Source of the DNA: Camelus dromedarius
Taxonomy: Eukaryota
Direction: 5' to 3'
NCBI RefSeq assembly: GCF_036321535.1
Contig: NC_087437.1
Location: forward strand, 51,772,001 to 51,836,000
DNA: 64,000 bases
Shown: positions 49,500-61,840 of the stretch, in pieces
Layout: the number at the start of each line of letters is the position of its first letter
Position numbering within the stretch: the stretch's first letter is position 1
The notes under the pieces: model-generated
What the model was told of the DNA's origin: nothing
Seen by the model: only the letters and a program-made list of their open reading frames with translations
Database searches by the model: none
Position numbers and translations under genes: made by a program

Positions 49500-50010
49500 G
49501 AACACCCATGTTCACAGCAGCATCATTCACAATAGACAAAAGCTAGAAGCCACCCAAGGGTCCATTGAGAGATGAATGGACAAACCAAATGTTGTATATA
49601 CACACAATGGAATATTATTCAGCCTTAAAAAGGAAGGAAATTCTGATACATGTTACAACATGGATGAACCTTGAAGACATCATGCTGAGTGAACGAAGCC
49701 AGTCACAAAAGAGCACATCCTGTATGATTCCACTTATATGAGGCACCTGGAGTAGACAAACCCATAGAGACAGGAAGGAGGGTGATGGTTGCCAGGGGCT
49801 GAGGGGAGGGAGGGAGGAGGTATTATTGTTTAATGGCTATAGAGTTAGAGTCTCACTTTGGGAAGATGAAAGAAGTTCTGGAGATGGATGGTGGTGATGG
49901 TTGCCAAACGATGCGAATGTACTTCATGCTACTGAACTGGACACATTAAAATGGTAAATATTGTGTATATTTTACCACAATTTTTTAAAATTAGAAATAA
50001 ATAAATAAAA
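49500..50010 (+). mobile_element. L1MB-type 3' end
   Basis: acacccatgttcacagcagc...tggaatattattcagccttaaaaagg...ttctggagatggatggtggtgatggttg...A-rich tail. Confidence 0.9.
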
Positions 50011-51119
50011 GACATCAGGAAAGGAAGGAAGAGGGAGTCGGGGAGAAGTGGGAGAGCAAGGACTCCTGGGAGGCAGAACTGCGAAGGCCTGGGTGTCCCA
50101 ATGGGGATGGTTTTGGAAAAATGGAAAGAACACTTCCTACTCAGAGTACAGAGTGATTGGATGGATAGACAGAGAGACAGAAGTATGATGGAGCAGCGGG
50201 TGGGGTCAGATCAGGCACCCAGAAGGAGAGTTTGCCCCCATCTGCTATGGCTAAGATTTAGAGAGCAGGTTGGAATTATTCATTCATTCATTTGTTCCAC
50301 GAGATAGGACTTCAGCACCAGCAGGACCATCAGCATATACACAGCACCTCATGTGAAGCAGAGAAAAAGCCTCTCCCCCTCTTCCCAACCTTGAGGGTGC
50401 AGGCTGAGTACATGGACAGGACCTCTGTGGGAGTGGAGATTTCCTCCCCACCCAGCCACTGGATTGAGTGCCTCTGTGTTGTAAACAACATACCCAAATG
50501 TGCCCATTGGTTCTTTGTACCAGGTTCTGTGCTAGACCCTGTAGCATTTCCTGAGCTGTAGAAGACCCAAAGTACCCAATGTTGCCAGGATTGAGGGAGC
50601 AGAGGCAAGAGAGAAGAGGCAATCGGTTGGACAGCATGAGACTGAACCCTGTGCACTTTGCTTCTACAGGGCCCCTGAGCCAGGAAGCAGGGATGAAAAG
50701 ATGGTGGGAGTGATTGTGTGGGCACTGGCATTGCAGACATAAGCAGGTCAAGGGGTCAGGGGCACAGGGAGGACCATACTGAAGTGGCTGGTCTAGGGTC
50801 CAGGCTGGAGAGGGAGCCTGGCTTGCCTGTGGAAGAAGGAGCCTGAGGAAAGCAAATATGCATAAGGTGCTAGTCAGCTTACTGCCTGGAGGAATTGGCT
50901 GGTAATACCGGGTACCGTTAGGCGGTGATGCCTCTCTGCACTAACCCTGGTATACAGAGCTCTATGGTCAGCATTGACTACTTCTCGATTATCCCTAGGG
51001 CAGGATGCCTACAACTAATTTTATCTAGAGGTTATCTGACCTGCCCACTGCATCTGGTATGTGCTGCCTTCTCCACTGTCAGCACAAGATCATTATCTTT
51101 GGCCTACATGTGACTTAAG

Positions 51120-51330
51120 GTAACGTTTTGGCATTGGGGAGACCAGAGTTCAAATCCTTAACTCTATGATGTATAAGCTATGTGACCCTGGATAAATCTC
51201 AAGTTTCTTTGTCTATAAAATAAATCCAATTACACCATTACCCCCCACCAGGAGTTTATTAAGATTGAGTGTGCTAATATGTATAAAGCACCTAGTGCAA
51301 TGTCTGTAAAAATCAATGGATTTTCAGTAG
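51120..51330 (+). mobile_element. MIR SINE followed by (CA)n at 51340-51366
   Basis: gttcaaatcct...agctatgtgaccctgg...tataaagcacctag. Confidence 0.7.
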
Positions 51331-53218
51331 ATGTCACTCCACACACACACACACACACACACACACCCCCTACTTGTTTAGAATGTCTTCATCAGTAAGG
51401 TTTGCCACCTGGCCCATGTCAATGAGGTTGGTGCAAGGAGGTTGGGCAAGTTCAAGCTTCTACCTGTGGATGTACAGAGACCCATTCTGTTTGCTTTGTC
51501 CCAGGTCTCTCTTCTTCCCGCAGGCTCCTCCCTCACATCTAGTGGATTAGAGAGAGGGTGGCCTCTGCTGACCATGGCAGGGCCTTATAGAGCTTCAGTG
51601 CCAGACACTGCATCTCTATGATATTTGTGGAGAAGTATGATGTAGTATGCTGCGTGGTACCCTGTGATAAGGGGGAGCAGACGGGTAGACTGAGGCCCAC
51701 CGTGATGAGGGGAGATGCACTGGTAAGGAACAGCGTTATCCTCCACTTCATAGCCCTTTCTTGCCTTCCCACTTCACTCTTAAGTTAGACTTTTCCTGGA
51801 CAAGGTCCCTTCCCTAATGGACCTAAACATGCCCCTCTCCCACGGCACCATCCTAGAGCAGCCCAGTGACCTCCTACCTGGCCTCCTTCCTGCCAGCGCC
51901 CCTCGCTGCAGGGCAATAGTTACTTCATGCAGAGACCACTTACCACGTATCGCTCTGGGTACCTAACATGACCCAATGGATGGATGTGGTGCACTGGAGT
52001 CAATTCTGCACATACTTACTAAAGTCTTCCAGGTATCATGCTCTGTGCTAGTCTCTGGAGATTCAGACCTGAATGAAAACTGGTCCCTGCTCTCAAGGAA
52101 CGCAGAGTGGCTGAGGACATAGACCCCTAGATTCTCCTGGGCTTAGACCATGCCCAAGGCATGAACCACACACTCATTCAGACCAGAAAGCATGCAACTA
52201 GCTCTACCTAAGTAAGTCTGGTAAGGTTTCCCATAGGTGGTGACCTCTGAGGTGGGTTTTGAAGGAGGAATAGGAGTGGAGATCCAGGGACCAGTGGCTC
52301 CAGAAAGTTCTGACTGGAGGAAGATGTGTTCTGTAGAGGTTCTCCAGGGATCTACAGTTCCATCCTGATTGTCTAAAACCCACAGGGACCTCAACAGGGT
52401 GATAGGATCTATGATGGGGCTATAGATGTTTCTATGTAGAGGGAGGTGGGAGGGGGTGGGCAGAGCACCTGGCCCACCAGTTCTCCCAGTCATAATCTAC
52501 TCATTTCCAGTCAAGGAAGGAGGGAAGCATGGAGAGGGAGGAACTGGGTGGGGTGGACTGGACTGGCCTGGCACTGGAGGGACTGGCTGTGGGGCGGGAG
52601 GATGCTGTTTATTTGACTGTGCTGTATATTTAAAGGTCTCAGTTACAACGGGCCCCAGGCGCTCTTTAACAAGCTGCAGCTGTCTGGTCGCTCATTAGCT
52701 TTCCTGACATCTTCTCTGGGCTGGTCCTGGGGGAGCGGCCCCCAAGCCCCTCCCTGTGGGCCGGGGCCCTGGATGGCTGACTTCTTACCCCCAGCGCCGG
52801 AGCCACCATGATGAATGGCGCTGCTGCCCCATGCAGACAACGCCTTCCTGGAACAAGCCCTGTTTGTTTAAGACAAACCCTCCCAATTACTCTGGTGAAA
52901 GCCCCTTGAAGAAGGCCCCTGCCTCACCTGCCACCGCCTGCCCCTCTGCCTGTGGGCATTGGGAAAAGACACATCTGGGGGCCGGGCAGCCTTGGGCACT
53001 GTCCTCAGAGTGCGGGCAGAGTGGGCTCCCCAAGGACAGCAGGGCCTGGATGTCTTTGGGGGTGACTTGAGAGAGACTAAGCCTCCGCAGGGAAGTGGGG
53101 AAGCAGGGGCATTGTGGGGAAGCAGGGTCTTCGGAGGCCCAGCACCTGTTCTCTGCCCTCCCTTCCTGTGTCTCTTGGCCTCAGGTCCCTCAGCATAGTC
53201 TAGACCAGTTTTTTAGGT

Positions 53219-53390
53219 CAATGGTTCTCAATCCTGGCTGTACTCTGGGGTCACCTGAGGAGCTCTTAAGAAATCCTAAAGCCCAGACCTCATTCCCAGA
53301 GATCAGATTCAGTTGGATTTCAGAAACTGCCATTTTCCCCCCTAAAGCCCTCAAGTGGTTCTAATGTGCAGCCAAGGTTGAGAACCATTG
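53219..53390. mobile_element. MER5A1-like (hAT-Charlie) MITE
   Basis: Perfect 13-bp TIR caatggttctcaa / ttgagaaccattg, extending to ~24 bp; degenerate 8-bp TSD ttttaggt / atttgggt. Confidence 0.9.
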
Positions 53391-53769
53391 ATTTGGGTGG
53401 TTTCCAAGGTCGGACTCTATGGCTTATTAAGTCTTCCTTGACAATTCCTGGTTCCTTAGCCAACAACCCCAGGGAGCCATTAATTTGCAGAATGTGGGCC
53501 CAGAAGTTCCTCTACTAGGAGTTCCTCCTAAACAAAACCCACCTGGCCTGGAGCAGGAAGGGACCTCAGAACTCATCTGGTCCAAATCAGTTTTAGGGAT
53601 GGTAAGCTGAGGAATCTTCTCCACACAGGAACCCCAGCGCACGTGGAAAGAGCTGTGATGATGTAAGCATCAACAATGTGGGAAGCTACTGCTATTACAG
53701 GTGGAATAACTGAGGATGGGGAGCAGGACTGGAGCTTGGAGCCCTGGATTATAACTACTCTTTGTCTTC

Positions 53770-53882
53770 CCAACTAGATTGTAAGCTCCTTAAGAGCAAG
53801 GACCAGGTCTCCATTTTTTTTATCCTTTTCCAGACTTAGCAATAAATGACTGTGTGGGTGGATGAATGGGATGAATGGATGG
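53770..53882 (+). mobile_element. L2 3' terminus
   Basis: ctagattgtaagctccttaagagcaaggacc...aataaatg...gatgaatgg. Confidence 0.8.
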
Positions 53883-54619
53883 GCACCTATCTCTGGATTT
53901 GGCTGCAGGTCACCTGGGTTGCCATTACCATTGTCACTGCTGTGAATAATGGAGGGGAAGAGGCTAAGGGAGGCACTGAGAGAAACTGGTAGCCTTGGGA
54001 CTAGAGGGAGGGCCATTAATAGGAGTAAGTGCCCAAAGCTGGTCTTAATAGATTTGCTGTGAATGGCAGGCAAGGCCAGAGTCCTCTGCTGAGGACTCAC
54101 ATCTCCCAAAGTCTGTCACACAGTGGAACCAGGAAGTTTATGTCCTCGAAGGTCCTGTCCTCAAAAGGCCATTTTTGCCAAAAGGTGGATGTGGGCCTGC
54201 AGGCATGGGGGAGGGCAGGAAGGAGAGGGGCCCCACGCTGGGCGAGGGTGGGAGCTAGTGCCCTGGACTGGGTCTGTGTGACTCTCACCAGCTCAGTTCC
54301 TCAAAGTACTGCCCAGCACTCAACCAGCCACTGTTTCCTGATCTCCCCCTGGGGTAGACACTCTGCTTGGCTGAAAGTATAGAGGTAAAGACCCTGCTCT
54401 CTAGAAACCTACAGTTGAGGAGGAAGGCACCTTGGGCAGAGGAGCTGGGGAGCTTGGGCTTCTCGCCCGTGACAGTGGAGAAGCCAGCCACAGGCAGAGG
54501 AAGGGAGGCAGGTGGGCGGAGGGCACACAGGATATGGCCAACAGTCAAATGTGTCTGGAAATGCTTCTTTGGGGGAAAAGAAGGAGATATGACTAGGGTG
54601 GGAGGATGGACTCGAAATG

Positions 54620-54900
54620 GCTTTTTGTTAGGATCATTTAAAATAATTCCCCCAGGAAGCAATAATCCATTTCAGTCCTCTGCACGCGGTACTGATTTGC
54701 CTGAGTTGTGGGGAGATCTGGTGCCGATTACCAGGTTTCGGTGCATTAAGTAATGCAACAATAAAATTTGGGTCATTGCAGCGCAAAGTCCCCTTTATTT
54801 TGACAAGTGTAGTTTTTACTCTGAAGTGTTATCATAAATAATTAAATTAAACCGGCAAATAGCTTGTAGTATGCTTTGCTGCAGTAACAAAGTCTCTGTA
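54620..54900. promoter_or_regulatory. Candidate conserved enhancer
   Basis: AT-rich unique block in GC-rich surroundings, retained CpGs, dense homeodomain/SOX motifs. Confidence 0.45.
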
Positions 54901-56659
54901 ACCCCAGACACTAAGCCATTCCTTTGGGGGATTCTTGGCTCAGAACTATTTGGGAATTTTTCAGAGTTCAAGAGTATTTGAACTAGTCAAGGGAGAGGGT
55001 AGAGAGGAAGGCTCATCTCGTTCTCCTGCTGTCTGCTTCCCATTGGTGTGTCCCCGTTCAGCTGTGTCTTGTCCTGTCATCTGACGTGTGGTCTCTTGAA
55101 TCTGTAAAGGGATTGCTCCCCAGCCCCGGGCCGGGTTGGGGTGGAGGAGTCAGGGGCCCAGTGCACATACTGCACAGTCTTTTTTTTTTTTCCATAACAC
55201 CTGCCCAGGCACAAGCTAAGTGCTTCGGATCTTAGAATAGTGGAGCTTGCAGGGACTCTCGAGACCACCCAGCACTCCATGCCTACTCGCTGCTCCCATC
55301 ATTTTTCAGACATGGAAACCAAGGCTCAGGGAAGTGAGGTTCCTTGCCCTGGTGCTTGTTGGCTGATGGACAGGGACAAGAAATAGGCAGAGTGTGAGTG
55401 GAGAAGATGCAGAGACTCACCAGCAGGATGTACTACAGGGACAGGGCTGCAGGACAGGGAAAGGAGTAGTGGGGAGGACAGAGGGAAGGGGAAACAGGCA
55501 AAGGGGCAGGAGTGAGATTTGCTGGAGGGTGGGGAGTTTTGAAGCAGGTTCTCAGGGGACATCCAGGAGGAGGCCCTGAGGAATAATCATCAGAGTCCTC
55601 AAGCGTCCAGACCATTGCCCGCTGCATCTAGACAGTTCTTAAAATAAGCAAGAGAGAAGAAGGGAGATCTTTCCAGTGGAGATGGGGGGAAAGGGGGCTG
55701 AAGAGAATCCCCAGAGGCAGAACGTGCTGGTTAAAAGCAGGGAGGAGAAGTCAGTCCCAACTCAAGGTGAGAGTCCCAACTCTCCCGTCCATTCCACCCC
55801 CTACCCATCCTTTCCCATCATGCTGCCCACTGGACATCCAAGCATCAGCTTCCCTCATCCTCTTGGAGCCTTCAGCTAAGGTGGCAGCTGGTAACTGGGT
55901 TGGAGAGGGGTGCGTTCCCATTATCCCCTCTTTGGGAGGGATTCCAGGTCTGTGGGACTCCATGCAGGGACAGATCCATTCTTAGAGCTGAAATTCCCAG
56001 CAAGAATTCCAGAATCTGGGCTCCCTCAGAGTCTCAGGCTACTTCCAGGAACTCCCAGAGCCTCCAGGTTGAGCCAGCTCTGGGGAAAGCATAGTGGGTG
56101 AAGGAGCCCATCGGACTGAGGAGCCTGGCAGTACACATGGCCTCTCTGCCCGCCCCCACGGACTGGGTGTTTTTCATATCACTTTCAGTGGAAAGGAAAG
56201 CTTGTTGTTCTAACTCCAAGGAACTCTGAGCTATGTAAACAATACACATGGAGCTTGGAACAAAAATCACCTACAGGGCAGACAGAGCTGCACCAAAACT
56301 TCCAAAGAGGCAGCGGCAGAGACTCTAATGTAACAAGTGTTTATTAGTCTGCACATTCAGGTGCTGGGGAGGCGTCAGGTGGCATAGGTTTTTGGCCTGG
56401 GGCTATTGGTCTTCCACCGGAGGGTGGTGGAGGGGTGATGGCCCCTTATCTCTCTCTGTCATCCAGTGCATCCTACACAGGCAGTGTGCACAGGGGGTAG
56501 TGGGTGAGCCCAGCTGACCCGGAAAACCCATCCAAGGAGGCCTTTGCCAACAGAGAAGCCAGCTCACTAGTCCTCTCCACCTCCCAAAGACCTATGGGTG
56601 CAAGGCCACCCCTTGGGTAGTAGTGGGAGGGCAGAGGTGAGAGGAAGAGGGGACCCACA

Positions 56660-56940
56660 CACCATGAGGGATCTGAAACTGCTCCCAGAGATCCATCCCT
56701 AAACTGCATGCTCAGGGAGCTCCTCTGAGCTGACCCACCCTCCTTGCTGGCCTCTCCCACCTCTGAGGTACCATCTACTCCAGGAAGCTCTCTCTTAGCC
56801 CCAAGGCTGACCTGGGTAACCTCCCCTGTGGTATCTGTGCCCTGTCACTCTCAAACCTTATCATGTGAAGTCTACCTCCTACCTGCCTCTGTGCCCGCTT
56901 CCATATACAGTAGGTGCTCAATACATGCTTGTTGAACAGA
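56660..56940 (+). mobile_element. L2 3' end
   Basis: cagtaggtgctcaatacatgcttgttgaacagaa. Confidence 0.75.
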
Positions 56941-59134
56941 ACAGGCCATCTCTAGACAAGGCCTGATATTTTGGGCCTTTTCAAGGCTGACAGCTTTAGT
57001 GTGAGGTCAGGTCCCCTGGCCGCAACTGCACTTGGCCTGGAGGGACCAGTTGAGGGAGAGGCCTGGGAGTCAGAGCCATACGCACTGCCCTCAGTCCAGC
57101 CACCAGTCTGTTCCCTGTCACAGCCGGAGTCTGTCTCCTCTGCACCAGGCAGGTCTGTGGCTACTGCTTTCCCTCCCTGTCAAGCACTGTGGGGATGTGT
57201 GTGTGGCCAGGTTGGGGGGAGGGGACTTTAAACAAACAGCCCTGGCCCTAGTCAGTGCCAAGGCTCACTGCACCCCTCAACCGCCCCCCACCCCCAGACA
57301 GAGGTGGCTCGCTGGACCGTGTGACAAGGAGCCAGCAGAATTCATTTAGCAAAAAAGGATTGCATGCTCTGCCTCCCACTCCCCCAGCCAGGTCAGATAG
57401 TGCCTGGGTGCCCCTCCTGCTCTCCTTCCCCCTTGGGCTTTTCACCCCCTAATCCACCGCGTGGGGAGCAGTCACGTGGGCCCCCAGCTCTCGACAGGAA
57501 GCTGTCGGCACCGCTGGCTTGCAGGGCCAGCTCCCTCACCGCCGGGAAGGCAGGCTGCCTTCCCCCAGCCCAGCTCGCTGAAACCCAACCCCTCTTTCCA
57601 GCTGTAACACGAAAGAGCCCCAGGCCCGGCCTTCCCCGGGGACCCTGCAGCCTGCAGATCTCACGGTCAGGGAATTTTCCCTGCGCAGTGTTCCAAGTCG
57701 GCAGAGCCTTCAGAACAAAGGATGGGGAGAGACAGCGACCATCTACCCCTCTGCACTGAACTCTCACCAACCCGGGGGAGGGGAGACCCAGAGGACAGAG
57801 ACCATCCGTCCTGGGGAGGCCCATGCCTTGGGAAGCAATCCCTGGAGGACCCAGGTCCAGATCAGTTTGGAGCAGTCAGTCCCATTTCTTCCAGCTTTCT
57901 CCCCCAGGGAGGAAGCTCACCTGTGCTGGCCCTGACATCCCAGGCCATGCGTGGTAAGTGACTTGTGACAGAGTCAGGCCTGCTCAGAAGGGCCTCCCAT
58001 GCCCGGCAGAGGTGGGGACTGCGGCTGGGTAGTGGGGAGGCTCAGGTTCCAGAACTAACTCCTTTACCTGGGGAAAAAGTCTATTTACAAAAAAAGAAAA
58101 AAAAAGGTCCTTTGTTCCTAAGAACAGACTGTTCCTCAAATTCAGCTAATAAACTGTTGTCAAGCAGAAGTCCTAATAACAGCATAATAGGATGGAAAGA
58201 TCCAGGAATGGTTCAAACCTCAATTTCTCCACTTACTAGCCATTCAGTTTCTCCACTTACTGGCTGGTCCAGCTGGAGGGATCCTGAGATAAGTTATAAA
58301 CAGCTCCCAGCCTTATTTTTCTCACCTGTAATATGGGACTATTATTTGCCATGCCCAACTCCATTCATTTAGCAACCATTAAGCACCTACTATGTGTTGG
58401 CATTAAGTTAGTTGCTGGAGACTAAAAAATAACAGCATCTCCACCGGAAGTGTCACATCCAACAGTGTGTATGAAGGAGCTTGGAAAGCTGAAATGCTGA
58501 AATAAATAGATAAGGACCAGCTGTAATGATCTCATTAACTTCCTGCAAATGGAGCTGTTAAAGTGATTTTTAAAGTTCTTAAAAACAGTTTTAAGTAAGC
58601 CAGACCTGTCTCTGTAATTTGGCCTGCACTATTTATTTGCTTAGCAAACCGTTTCTTCATAGATAGTGCAAAAGGAAAGACTTCAGACCTGCCCGAGGCA
58701 GAATGTATCCCAAATTCAGAGTTAGTAGAGTTGGTCTGAATTAATTAGGTCTTTCTGTAGCTTAATGCATAAACCTGGGCTCAGGAAATTTGGCCTTTAA
58801 AGCAGGTGCCCTTTCAAATGAGGTGGGTTTCATGTGACTATTTTAACTTCAGCTCCATTACCCTTTATGGGCTACAGGGGTGGTGGGGGTGATGGGAGGG
58901 GAGGGATCTGGTGCAGGCCTGCTTCCGTGAGTGGGGAGCCAAAGGAACCGTAAAACAGCCTTCTCTCAACCGGGCAATTTCACACTTTCAGCCCCTGGGC
59001 TGGGGTCTCTTCCAGCCGGGATGAGGGCAGGTGCCAAGTCTCCCGGACCTACTTGTGGGGCTGGTTGCTTGCTGGGGTTTCATTCTTCAACCTTTCATTC
59101 ACCCCTCATTGTCTTTGGACTTTTCCCTCCACAG

Positions 59135-60600
59135 CATTCTTCAGGTATAATTGACAACATTATATATTCTTAAAGTGTACAATGTGATGATTTGATATAC
59201 ATATACATTGTGAAATGATTACCACAAGCTAATTAATACATCCATCACCTCACATAGAATACTACGGTCTCTTAGCAGATTTCAAGTATATATACATACA
59301 ATACAGTATTATTTACTATACTCACCATGCCATACAGTAGGTCCTCAGAACATAGTCATCTTATGACTGAAAGTTTCTACACTTTGACCAACATTTCCCC
59401 ATTCCCCACATCTCCCAACCTTTGGCAACTACCATTCTACTGTTTTTATGAGTTCAACTTTTTTTTTTAAAGAGTCTGCCTGTAAGTTTTACCAGAAAAT
59501 ATCTGTCTTTCTCTGCCTATTTCTCTTAGTATAATGTCCTCCAATTTCATTCATGTTGTTGCAAATGGTAGGATTTCCTTCTTTTTTATGGCCAGTGTAT
59601 AAATATATCGCATCTTTATCCATTCATTCTTTGACAGATACAGGTTGTTTCCATATCTTGGCTTTGTAAATAATGGGCTGCAAAGAACATGGGAGTGCAG
59701 ATGTCTCTTCGACATAATGATTTCATTTCCTTTGAATATGTACTCAGAAGTGGGCTTGCTGGATCAAATGTTCTATTTTTAATTTTTTGAGGAGCATCCA
59801 TACTGTTTCCAATTTACATTCTCACTAACAGTGTACAAGGGCTCCCTTTTTGCCACATCCTCGCCAATACCTGTTATCTCTTGTATTTTTAATAATGTCT
59901 GTCCTAACAGGTGTGGAATGATAGCTCACTGTGGTTTTGATTTGCATTTCCCTGATGATTAGTGATGTTGAGTACCATTACATATACTTGTTGGCCATTT
60001 GTACGTCTTTGGGAAAATGTCTATTCAGGTTCCTTAGCCCTTTTTGTTTGTTTGTTTGTTTGTTTTGGTGGGGGCAGGTAATTAGGTTTGTATGTTTATT
60101 TGCTTGTTTATTTAAGTGGAGGCACTGGGGATTGAACCCAGGACCTTCTGCATACTAAGCATGCCCTCCACCACTGAGCTGAACCTTCCCCACTTAGCCC
60201 ATTTTTTTATAGAGTTATTTTATTTATCTATCTATTTATTTAGCTATTGAGTTGGAAGAATTCCTATGTATTTTGGGTATTCGCTCATTTTTGGATATAT
60301 GGTTTGGAAATATTCTCTCCTATTCCATGTGTTGCCTTTTCATTTTGTTCATTTTTTCTTTTGCTGTGCAGAAACTTTTTAGTTTGATGTAGTCCCACTT
60401 GTTTATTTTCTCTTTTGCTGCCTGTGCTTTTGGTGTCAAATCCAAAAAAATAATTGCTGAGAACTAATGTCAAGGAACTCTTCCTCTACATTTTCTTCTA
60501 GAAGTTTTTAAGGGCTCAAGTCTTTAATCCATTTTGAGTTGATTTTAGGGTACAGGTTAAGGGTCCAATTTCCTTCTTTTGCATATGGCTATCCAGTTGG
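59135..60600 (-). mobile_element. L1MA-type 3' portion, interrupted by a SINE
   Basis: ggtataattgaca...catccatcacctcacatag; ORF2-like peptides DPASPLLSTYSKEMKS..DICTPMF; tttgcatttccctgatgattagtgatgttgag. Confidence 0.92.
60041..60192 (-). mobile_element. tRNA-derived camelid SINE (Vic-1-like)
   Basis: ggggattgaacccaggacc...ccactgagct; TSD cttagccc at 60033-60040 and 60193-60200. Confidence 0.9.
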
Positions 60601-60789
60601 ACTTCTTGTTCTGGCTTGTGGGTGGCCCCCAGACTTCCTAACCAACGGAGTGCTGTCTGGGCACCAGGGCAATCTCTCACTTAAGAGCTTCTTGGCTAAT
60701 TCTGAAATTCCTCAGCTCTCATCCATGGATCTTTCCCACCTGCTCTTATTACCTGCCCAGTGTGATTCCAGGTCAGCTATCCTTTTAGC

Positions 60790-61116
60790 CAGTCCAATCT
60801 CATAACCACCAGCCACATGTGACTAGTCTGAATTGAGCACTTGTGGCAACTCCAAGTTTAGATGTGCTCTGTGTGTAAAATATACACCAGATTTTGAAGA
60901 CTCAGTATGAAAAAAGTAATGTAAATCTCATTAATAATTTTTACATTGATTTCACATTGAAATAATATTATGAATACATGGGGTTAAGCTAAGTCTAGTT
61001 TTAAAATTAATTTCACCTGTTTCTTTTTAACTTTTTAATGTGGCTACTAGAAAATCTGAAATTGCACCTGTGGCTCCCATTGGTGGCTAACATCACATTT
61101 CTATTGGATGGAGCTG
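60790..61116. mobile_element. MER33-like hAT-Charlie DNA transposon
   Basis: agccacatgtgact...gtgtaaaatatacaccagattttgaagact...aattaatttcacctgtttc...aatgtggctactagaaaa. Confidence 0.85.
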
Positions 61117-61332
61117 GCTAGAGCATCAAGCAGCACAAAAGTGCTTGGGCTGGGGGGTGGGCAGATGTCAGTGACCTTCCTTTTGTTTCCAATAGGATTA
61201 AAAGTACCTGCTTCAGATGATTGTTGCAAGAACTTAGATGAGCTAACAGTTGTGAGAGCAACTAGCATGTACAAGTTAACACAGTTCATGTTGGTTTCCT
61301 TTTCAAATCACATTTCAAAACACCTCCTAGAG

Positions 61333-61495
61333 CAGTGGGTCTCAATTTGGGATGCACCCAGGTTCACCTGGGCAGCTTTTAAAAATATGTCCAGGCCTAT
61401 GTCCCATTCTGGTTTAACTAGTCTGTGGGGCTTGAGTATTAGCATAATTTCAAAGCTCCCAAGTGACTCTAATGCCTAGCCAGCCTTGGGAACCT
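61333..61495. mobile_element. MER5-family MITE
   Basis: cagtgggtctcaa...cacctgggcagctttt...aagctcccaagtgactctaatg...ttgggaacc. Confidence 0.75.
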
Positions 61496-61609
61496 CCCCA
61501 CCCCCACTCTGTTTGCTCTTTACTCCCTCAATGCTCTGACCTCCTAACTTTGCAGGGGTCCCTTTAGCATTTTACATGTGTTTTGTGCTACTTTAATCAT
61601 AACCAACAC

Positions 61610-61840
61610 TTCTGAAAGCCTACCAAATGCCTGGCACTTTACATATATTGTCTCTAATCCTTCCCACAAGCCTTCGAGTAAATTAAATTAACCCCATTCT
61701 GCAGATGAGGAAGCTGGGGCTTAGAAAGGTTAAAGTAACTGACTGGTTCAATAAGTGGAGGGGAGTCGGGGGGAAGCACTCAACCCAGCTTAGTCTGACT
61801 CCAGAGTGTGAGCCATTGACCATTAGACTACACTGCTTTT
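61610..61840 (-). mobile_element. MIR SINE
   Basis: ccccattctgcagatgaggaagctggggcttagaaaggtt...gtctgactccagag. Confidence 0.85.

Noticed and set aside
50311..50331. REST/RE1-like TTCAGCACC
   Set aside because: Left half-site only; right half and spacing do not fit GGACAG
58224..58261. Direct repeat tttctccacttact x2
   Set aside because: Small slippage duplication inside a MIR; no array or CRISPR-like structure
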